Below, in pieces: positions 54,897 through 64,000 of a DNA stretch of 64,000 bases; within the stretch, counting starts at the first letter, position 1; the number at the start of each line of letters is the position of its first letter. The notes under the pieces are model-generated. The model ran no database searches. It saw only the letters and a list, made by a program, of their open reading frames with translations, and was not told the DNA's origin. The stretch is from Octopus vulgaris (lineage: Eukaryota), in assembly GCA_951406725.2 (NCBI GenBank), contig OX597830.1:72044001-72108000 (forward strand). The letters run 5' to 3'. The translations under genes and the position numbers were made by a program.

Positions 54897-55051
54897 GGAT
54901 GATGAAGATGATGATGACGACGATGCTGTTGTAGCTGATGCTAGTGCCCTTGTTTAGGATGACCAAGATGACGGCGATTACGCTGGTGATATTGATGACG
55001 AGAACGACGACGGCGACGGTGGTGATGGTGGTGATGATGATGATGATGATT

Positions 55052-55089
<38 letters not shown>

Positions 55090-56034
55090 GAGGAGGTGGA
55101 GTGTGTTTTTGTTGTTGTTGTTGTCTAGCACCGCCTGGAACGTGAAGGAGTAGAACCCCCGATCCGATCTAAAACCTCCCAGCTGTAAATCTATTTGGTG
55201 TAAATCTGGTGTTGGTGGTAGTGTTGTAAATCTGTAATGTTGTTGTTGCTGTTGTTGTTGTTGGTTGTGGTGGTGGTGGTAGTGGTGATGGTGATATTGT
55301 TAGTGATGGTGGTGGTGATGATGGTAATGGTGGCGGTGGTCATAGAGGTGGTGATAGTGGTGGTGGTGGACGTGGTGGTATGTTAGTTCTGGTGGTGAGG
55401 TGGTGTTGGTGGTGGTGATGGTGGTGTTGTTATGGTGGGAGTGGTAGTAAGTTATTTTTGGTGGTGAGGTGGTGTTGGTGTTCGTGGTGGTGATGGTGGT
55501 GTTGTAGTGGCGGGAGTGGTAATAAGTTATTTTTGGTGGTGAGGTGGTATTGGTGTTGGTGGTGGTGATGGTGGTGTTGTTGTGGCGGGAGTGGTAATAA
55601 GTTATTATTGGTGGTGAGTTGGTGTTGGTGTTGGTGGTGGTGATGGTGGTGTTGTTGTGGTGGGAGTGGTAGTAAGTTATTTTTGGTGGTGAGGTGGTGA
55701 TGATGTTCGTGTTGGTGATGGTTGTATGGTGGTGGTGGTGGTGGTGGTGGTGGTAATGATGATAGTAGTGGTAACGTTCAGTTGTTATTGTAGTTGTTAT
55801 TCTCGGTGTTTAGAGGTGATGGTGAATGGTTGCAGTGTAGGGTTTTGTGTATTGTTTTTGTTGTTGGTCATGTAGTCTTGGTAGTAGTATTGGTTGTAGA
55901 TGTGGTGGTGATGGTTGCTCTTTTTGTTGTGGTGGCGGTGGTGATGCTGGTGGTCCTCCTGACGTTCATTGTGTTGGTATTGGTGTTTCTTGCAGAGGTG
56001 GAGATATGGGCGTTACTGGCGAGGGTGTTGGTAG

Positions 56035-56065
<31 letters not shown>

Positions 56066-57373
56066 AGTGGTGGAAATGGTAGTGGTAGTGGTGGAGGTGG
56101 TGTATGTGGTAGTGGAGGTGTTTGTTGTTGTTGTTGTTGTTGTTGTGGTGGTGGTGGTGGTATGTAGTGACATTGGTATTGGTGTTGTTAGTTGTTATAT
56201 ATGGTGGTGTTGTCGGTGTTGATGGTGGTGCTGGCTGTAGTGAAGATGTAGGTGTTGATAGCAGCGTCACTGTCTGTTGTGGCGCTAGTATTGGTGGTGG
56301 CACTGATGTTGGTGTCAGTGGCGTTGGTACTTGTAGTGGCGTTGGTGTAGTGGCATTAGTGTAACATCACTTGTGATGACGGCGATGGTTGTGGTGGTAT
56401 TATTGGTATTGGTGGTGATGGTCATATTGATTATGATGATGATGGTCAAGGTGATCGTTGTGCTACTGATATTGGTGTTGGTGGAGGCGATGATTGTGCC
56501 TCTACCACTACCACCACCACCACCACCACCACTACCACCACCACCACCACCACAACACAACCACCACTACCACCACCACCACCAACACCACCAACAACCA
56601 CAACCACCACCAACACCACCACCAACAACAACACCAACAACAACACTAACCCCACCACTATCACCACCACCACCACCACCACCACCACCACCGCCACAAA
56701 CACCAACACCACCAACACCAACACCATCACCGCCACCACCACCATCAACAACAACAACAGCAATTTCAATGTTGGTTATGGAGGATGTGATGTTGGCATT
56801 CGAGGTGGTGATGGTCGTCGTGTAGACGGTGTTCGTGGTGAAGGTCGTGTTTGTGTTGGCGACAGCTTAAGATAGTTGCGATAGAAGTGGTAGCGGTGGT
56901 GTTGGCTATTCAGTGTGGCCAAGGCGAGGCAGTTTGTTGATTGGTTGGTTGGCTGGTTGGTAGGTTGTGATGTGATGAAGAAAGCGAAGGTAATGGATAA
57001 TTGATGAGACTACTAAGGTGACGTTGATGGTGGTGGTGGTGGTGGTGGTGGTGGTGGTGGTGTTGGGAGGAGGAGGAGGAGGATGAGTTATGAGAAGGTG
57101 TCGGAGGATATATATGATGGATGGTTTCACTGGATGGAGGAAGAAGTTAGAAGTAGATGTCGAAAAGGAAGTGGCGGCTGTCTGACGTGATCTCTGATTG
57201 GTGGTGAGAAAGGGGAGGTGGGAGAAAGGTAGCAGGAAAAGAGGAAGAGGAGGAAGGAGAAGAGGAGGCCCAGGTGGAGGAGAAGGAGGGGTTTGGTGAC
57301 AAAGAAAATTAGGATGACAGTTTGAGATGGAGGAGTAATGAGAAGGAGTAGGAACTGAAGAAGAAGAAGAGAT

Positions 57374-57462
<89 letters not shown>

Positions 57463-57698
57463 GTGATGGTGAAGAAGAAGAAGAAGAAGAAGAAGAAGAA
57501 GAAGAAGATGATGATGATGATGATGATGATGGTGATGGTGATGGTGAAGGTGAAGAAAAAGAAGAAGAAGAAGAAGAAGAAGCAGAAGAAGAAGAAGAAG
57601 AAGAAGAAGGAGAAGAAGAAGAAGAAGAAGAAGAAGAAGAAGAAGAAGAAGAAGAAGAAGAAGAAGAAGAAGAAGAAGAAGAAGAAGAAGAAGAATAT

Positions 57699-57729
<31 letters not shown>

Positions 57730-58067
57730 AAGAAGAAGAAGAAGAAGAAGAAGAAGAAATAAGTAAAGAGAATAAAAGATACCATTCAGAAAGAAGACGA
57801 TAATGATGATGATAATGACGACGATGACAATGGTGATGAAGAAAGAGAAGAAAAAAGAAGAGAAAGGAGAAGAAGGAGGAAAAAAGAAAAGAGATATAAA
57901 GAAAATAAAAGATAGCATTCAGGAAGATGACGACGACGACGACAATGACGATGAAGATGGTGATGGTGATGATGATGATGATTATGATGATGAGGAGGAG
58001 GGGGAGGGAGGAGGAGGCAGATGTTGATGATGATGCTGATGATGATGATGCTGCTGCTGATGATGAT

Positions 58068-58133
<66 letters not shown>

Positions 58134-58250
58134 AATGATGATGATGCTGCTGCTGCTGCTGATGATGATGATGATGAGGAGGAGGAGGAAGACTGGTGTA
58201 AATGATGAAGAAGATACGGTGTGAAAGGACGAGGACGGTGATAATGATGA
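51420..58250. repeat. 7-kb trinucleotide low-complexity domain (GGT/GTT/GAT/GAA/GCT)
   Basis: Read directly. Includes 117/120-bp tandem units (51460-51990), 75-bp units (55395-55700), a 174-bp duplication (about 54740-55020), (GAT)n at 57374-57460 and (GAA)n at 57472-57759. Confidence 0.97.
57165..57203. promoter_or_regulatory. compact ETS + CRE-like + reverse CCAAT cluster
   Basis: AGGAAGTG (57166), TGACGTGA (57183) and CTGATTGGT (57194) within 40 bp. Confidence 0.35.
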
Positions 58251-58653
58251 TGTCCTTCGCTAATGTTTATTGTTAAACGTGTTTTGGCTAAGCTACTAAA
58301 ATTTACTTAAAATTGCTATTTTAGTGTAACGATTGTAACGATTGTTGTTACTTGACCCCGAGGCAGCCCACCATCAAACAATGATCAGCTAAACCAATGC
58401 TCATTCCATTTGATTTTTTAAATGATAGAGAGGAGATATGGTTGATATTTCTAGCAAAAAAAAAATGCACAACACAAATTACCTGTGCATGAAATCTGTC
58501 CATCGATGGATTTTCCTAGGAAAACCCACTGATTTTGGTTGGATTGAGTTTCCATCTAGGTAAGAACAAGTGTTGCTGTCACAACGCAGACAACCACCAG
58601 GCAGTACGTGCAGTGTTCTTCATTTCTGGGCAATCCAAAGCCCTGGATATGTA

Positions 58654-59142
58654 TGAAAAAATATATATGCGCCCTTTTAAAGACTAGCCAGGCTCATGGG
58701 CCCAGCTTTCCCGGTTTCTATGGCGTTTAGGTTCCCAAGCTGATCGCCCCGAGGCTATAGTAGAAGACACTTGCCCAAGGCTCCATGCTGTGAGACTGAA
58801 CCCGAAATCATGTGGTTGGTAAGCAAGCTACTTTCCACACAGCTACTCCTGCACACACACACACACACACACATACACATATTTATATATATAATGCTCC
58901 TTCTCGAGTCATGCCAGGCTCATGAGGGTCAGTTTCCAGGTTTCAATGGCGTAGAATTTCCCCACCTGGATGGGACGCCGGTCCGTCGCAGGATTACTCA
59001 TTTTTGCCAGCTGAGTGGACTGGAGCAACGTGAAAATCAAGTGTTTTCTTCGAGAACACAATGTACCGCCCGGTCCAGGAATCGAAACTACAATCTAACG
59101 ATCATGATGCCGACACTCTACCCACTAAGCCACGCGCCTTCA
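58654..59142 (-). mobile_element. composite SINE insertion (family C full copy + family A head piece + family C tail) bounded by a 13-bp TSD
   Basis: ccctggatatgta at 58641-58653 and 59143-59155; family C reverse complement at 58895-59142. Confidence 0.88.
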
Positions 59143-59490
59143 CCCTGGATATGTACAGTATCATCAAAATCGAAAGGATACGGTAGCTTTGGGAGGATGT
59201 GAACTCAGGTGTGCAGAGAACCGGACTATATGCACGGAAGTATTCTATGCAACGTTATCGCACAGGCATAAGCAAACAACTTCGAGAAGCGGGTTGCATG
59301 AAGTCTGGTTCATCATCAGACAGGCTGCACTACTCTGTTCTTTTTGCATGTCATTCGGGAGACCCGCAGTTTTCACGTGACTGCTACAGCAACTAGATCA
59401 TCTCGCTCTCATGTCAAGAGTAATTTTTGTAATACTAGGCGTGTTTTCGTTTCTGGTATGTGGGTATATAGGTAGGTATATTTATAAATG

Positions 59491-59743
59491 TGGAGACGCG
59501 TGGCTTAGTGGTTAGGATGTTGAACTCATAATCGTAAGGTTGTGGTTTCCATTCCTGAACCGGGCGATGCTTTGTCTTGTATTCTTGAGCAAAACACTTC
59601 ATTTTCACGTTGCTCCAGTCCACTCAGCTGGCAAAAATGAGTAATCCTGCGACGGACCGGCGTCCCATCCAGGTGGGGGATTTCTACGCCACTGAAACCG
59701 GGAAACCGGCCCTTATGAGCCTGGGATGGCTCGGGAAGGAGCA
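59491..59743 (+). mobile_element. tRNA-derived SINE family C
   Basis: ggagacgcgtggcttagtggttagg head; ttcttgagcaaaacactt and cctgcgacggaccggcgtcccatccagg segments reminiscent of V-SINE-type central domains. Confidence 0.9.
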
Positions 59744-59765
59744 TTATATATATGTGTGTGTGTGT

Positions 59766-59799
<34 letters not shown>

Positions 59800-59803
<4 letters not shown>

Positions 59804-59992
59804 GTGTGTGGCATGCCTGCGTTTGCCCCACACACACACCATCGCTTCACAACCGATGCTGGTGTGCTTACGTCCCCATAAGCTATCGGTTCGGCATAAG
59901 AGACCGATAGAATAAGTAGTCTTGGGTTCGATTTGTTCCATTAAGGAGCTGCTCCACCATGGCCGTAGTCAAATGTCTGAAACAAATAAAAA
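59800..59992 (+). mobile_element. SINE family A 3' half
   Basis: caaccgatgctggtgtg...gagaccgatagaataagta...atggccgtagtcaaatgtctgaaac. Confidence 0.85.
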
Positions 59993-60629
59993 ATACGAGC
60001 ATATTGTCTTTCTCTCCCTCTCTATTTCTGTCTCTCTCATTCTCTCTCTCTATCTATCTATTTATTTATTTATTTATTTGCCTATCTATCTACCTAGTAG
60101 AATTGAAGAGTGATTGCCGGCTGCATAATTACATGTGTACTGTATTAAAATATATAGAGAGCCTAATGAAAGGTAATAAATAATTATAAAATCAAGCATA
60201 GTGTTAATTAATAAGAGAGTATAGATATGATACGGAAATTATAGCAAGGGGGTAGTGTAGTAAAATCTAGAAGAATATTACATAAATAAATAAATAAATA
60301 AACAAATAATTATGTTGTTTTGGAAATAAAATTACCCAATTTCAAATAACTTTCATTGCAAAATATAATTTTATGCATGTAGCACTTATTAAGCAATAAG
60401 TAAAATAAATAAACGGTATTATGAATGTTGTGTCTGGGGAATGTTGTTTGTATACATAAAATTGGAAAAATAAGAGGCAGAAATAAACCGACACACACGC
60501 ACACACACGGACACACACAGACACACACACACACACACACACGCATGAATAATAAGGGTGACTTGTACGCAAGTTTACAACCGAAAAGAAGAATTATATA
60601 CGTATCTAAAGTAACTGAGGGCATTAGCC

Positions 60630-60757
60630 ACCACCAGTATTGCTAGAAATATGAGTTAAGACAACTCTTGGCCATTAGAAGCACTTATTTGTCCATAAGA
60701 TAAAAGCCTATTGCAGCTATAGGTTGTTTTAAGCCTTATTTCTAGCAATTCTAGTGC
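60630..60757. repeat. short imperfect inverted repeat (~38-bp arms), possible small MITE
   Basis: attgctagaaatatgagttaagacaac vs gttgttttaagccttatttctagcaat. Confidence 0.6.
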
Positions 60758-60766
60758 TGATTAGTG

Positions 60767-60813
<47 letters not shown>

Positions 60814-60977
60814 CATATATATGCACATATATGCATATATATGTTTATATATGTATATGTGTATATATGTGTATATATATATATACAAATATAGAGAGAG
60901 ATAGAGGGAGAGAGGGAGGGAGAGAGGGGGAGAGAGGGGGAGAGAGGGGGAGAGAGAGAAACAGAATGAGAGAGACG

Positions 60978-61056
60978 TCTCTGATGAAGCTATACGCTGT
61001 TAGTCAGGCACTCAGCTATGAGTCTACTGCTTCCTGTAGCAGAAACGTCTGCAAGC
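60978..61056 (+). ncRNA. degenerate hammerhead-like motif
   Basis: CUGAUGA-A-GCUAUA...UGUAGC-A-GAAACGUC; core and stem II present, stem I not convincingly paired. Confidence 0.4.
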
Positions 61057-61283
61057 TAATGAAGTTCATAAGACAATTGTACATTCTTCTGTCATCTCGT
61101 TTCCTTATATAGTCAGGTAGAAAGATATAGACATGTGTGCACATATGTTCATATGCGTGTGTGTGTGTTTGTATGTGTGTATGTGGGTACGTGTGTAGGC
61201 GTGTTGTAATGTTATTCTTACTACCTATTAAACAGGGTACAATCTTCCTGCGATTCGGCCATCCATTTTTCTTATTTTATTCC

Positions 61284-61358
<75 letters not shown>

Positions 61359-61402
61359 TGATGATAATATCATCATCATAATCATCATCATTACCAGTAA
61401 TT

Positions 61403-61434
<32 letters not shown>

Positions 61435-61788
61435 GTTGGTCGTGGTGTTGGTGGTGGTTTTGGTGGTGGTGGTCGTGGTGGTAGTAGTAGTAGTAGTAGC
61501 AGAGTTTTTGTTTCATAATAATAATTGGCATTGCACTATTACTATATTTCTTTTTTCGCTTGCCTCTTTCGCATTTTCCGTTTACTGTTTTTTTTTTCTT
61601 CTTTTTCTACTTATTTTGTGTTCTTTATTGTTTTTCTATTTTATTCTTCGTTATTTCACTACGGAATGTTGGAGAAGATTAGTTAATAACAACTTAAATC
61701 ATTTATTACATTCGGATGTGACCGAACAACACCTAAAATATATGCGTACACTTAACTGTGCACACACACTCGTATATACATACATACA

Positions 61789-61861
<73 letters not shown>

Positions 61862-62547
61862 GCATGTAGACTTATAAACACACATATATATATATATTTA
61901 AACGTATACATACATACATAGATACATACATACATATATATGGATATATATATCCATACATACACATGTATGTATGTATGTATGTATGTATGTATGTATG
62001 TATGTATGTATGTATGTATGTATGTATGTATGTATGTATAGAAAAGCTCATAAACCATCACACTGCAAATGAAGACAGCAAAACAAGCAAGCATCAAGTC
62101 CGACAGCAGAAGAGGCAAAAGTAATATAAATATAAAATAAAAACTTTGAAAAACCCTCAAAATATACATAAAACTATATAACAGACATTAAAATCAACAA
62201 CAACAACAACAACATAGACGATCATAATTATTAATATTATTTTTATTATTATATAGTTATGGTTAAATGACAGTGATGTTGAGCTGAGCCAACGAAGTTG
62301 AAGTAAAGAGGTGTCTGCAAGCCTTAAATTATACACTTCAACTAACAAAAATGGATGCAGTTTCAGCTTGGTCGATAATTTGATGGTGGCGGTGTTTAAT
62401 ATGAGCTACGAACGAGTTGAGACGAGCAACACCAGACTGAATGCGTTGATCTGCGGCAATATTAAGTGGTCCACTAGGTGCTCCACTACACTTTATAATA
62501 CAATTGGTGGAACCAATAAAACAGATGTAAAAAATATATCAACGTAT

Positions 62548-62712
62548 AGGCGCAGGAGTGGCTGTGTGGTAAGTAGCTTGTTTACCAACCACATGGTTTC
62601 GGGTTCAGTCCCACTGCGTGGCACCTTGGGCAAGTGTCTTCTACTATAGCCTCAGGCCGACCAAAGCCTTGTGAGTGGATTTGGTTGACGGAAACTGAAA
62701 AGAAGCCCGTCG

Positions 62713-62760
<48 letters not shown>

Positions 62761-62973
62761 TGTGTGTGTTTGTGTGTCTGTGTTTGTCCCCCTAGCATTG
62801 CTTGACAACGTTTACGTCCCCGTCACTTAGCGGTTCGGCAAAACAGACCGATAGAATAAGTACTGGGCTTACAAAGAATAAGTCCCGGGGTCGATTCGCT
62901 CGACTAAAGGCGGTGCTCCAGCATGGCCGCAGTCAAATGACTGAAACAAGTAAAAGAGTAAAGAGTAAAGAGT
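62548..62973 (+). mobile_element. SINE family A, full length, young
   Basis: aggcgcaggagtggctgtgtggtaag...(taaagag)3 tail; very close to the copy at 36702. Confidence 0.95.
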
Positions 62974-63139
62974 ATAAAACCATGGCTGTGCGGGTAAAAA
63001 GATTGGTTCCATACCACCTGGTTACGTGTTCAAAGATAATGCGTGGAAAATTGGACAAGTGTTCTTCTATAACCTTGGTCACCCAAAGGTTTGCGAGTGG
63101 ATTTGGCGGACACAAGCTGTGTAGGAACCATCGAGTATG

Positions 63140-63552
63140 TGTCTGTTTTTATTCTTTTGCTTGTTTCAGTCAATTGACTGTAGTCATGCTGGAGCACCGC
63201 ATTGACTTTTATTTTTTTTTTTTTAGTCGAACGAATCGACCCCAGTATTTATTTTGCAAACCTGCTACTGGTTTTATCAATCTGCTTTGCCGAACTGCTA
63301 GATTACAGGGACGTAAACACACCAAAACCGGGTTTCAAGCAGTGATGTGGACACAAAGACATACACACGCATACAAATACATATATACATACGACAAGCT
63401 TGTTTCAGTCCCTGCTATCAAATCCACCCACAAGTCTTTGGTGAGCCCGAGGCTATAGAAGTCACTTACCCAAGGTGCCACGCAGTGTGAACAAACATGT
63501 AACCATGTAGTTGGGAAACAACTTTCTTAACATAGAACTACGCCTGTGCCTA
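63140..63552 (-). mobile_element. diverged SINE family A, tail-to-tail with the preceding copy
   Basis: tgtttcagtcaattgactgtagtcatgctggagcaccg...cccaaggtgccacgcagtg...cgcctgtgcct. Confidence 0.85.
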
Positions 63553-63632
63553 AGTGGGTTTTCTGTCCACGTTGGACACGAACCCACACTTCTATGTTTT
63601 CGCGACAAGTGTGCTACCGTTGCATAAGCCTA

Positions 63633-63693
<61 letters not shown>

Positions 63694-63697
<4 letters not shown>

Positions 63698-63843
63698 CGC
63701 CATGTTGAATCGCTAGCTTCTGCACGCATTTTTCTCTCCTGTTTCTCTCCGTGTTTCTTTTCTGTGTATAAGAGCGTAGGCTCGAAGCGAAGACTTTTTA
63801 TTTATATTCATACTATACAATTGTTTGTTTGTACTACACCTAT

Positions 63844-63848
<5 letters not shown>
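63694..63848 (+). mobile_element. Penelope-like fragment inserted in (TA)n with a decayed hammerhead stem II
   Basis: Unique 155 bp between two TA tracts; gagc-gtag-gctc-gaagcg hairpin followed by a GAAA-like word. Confidence 0.4.
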
Positions 63849-63897
<49 letters not shown>

Positions 63898-64000
63898 TTA
63901 TATAATACATATACATACAAATATGTGTGTATTCGTATGTATGCATGTGTGTTGTTTATTTTTGCCCAGCCGACGCTTCACAAGAAGCGTTAGCTTGTTT

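Noticed and set aside
57127-57918. Poly-Leu/His, poly-Phe and poly-Lys ORFs
   Set aside because: Direct translations of (GAT)n and (GAA)n.
58500-59400. Decayed LINE RT tail flanking the composite SINE (GLSFHLGKNK...)
   Set aside because: Only one vague motif; cannot be supported without a translated search.
62465-62485. CTCF-like GTCCACTAGGTGCTCC
   Set aside because: Lacks the GGC at the 3' part of the core; weak match only.

Overview
Repeat-saturated, AT-rich eukaryotic DNA. The microsatellite density ((AT)n, (GT)n, (ATCT)n, (ATAC)n, GGT/GAT/GAA/AAT triplets) and the recurring tRNA-headed SINE families are of the kind I recognise from coleoid cephalopod (Octopus) genomes; the organism call is inference. 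No complete protein-coding gene is visible, and nearly all listed ORFs are artefacts of simple repeats or SINEs. Supported content: many copies of at least four tRNA-derived SINE families; decayed transposase or RT fragments (two mariners, Tigger/pogo, RTE LINE 3' end, HERO/NeSL-type RT, possible piggyBac); a non-autonomous Helitron, a hAT MITE and a Tc1-like fold-back element; several Penelope-like fragments carrying minimal hammerhead-ribozyme motifs; a 4-kb CCAA-derived satellite built from 28/35-bp monomers with a 224-bp higher-order repeat; and a 7-kb trinucleotide domain. Scattered unique islands with minus-strand splice signals, promoter-like motif clusters and a CTCF-like site suggest the window is the 5' intronic region of a large minus-strand gene with several first exons or microexons. 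I cannot identify that gene.
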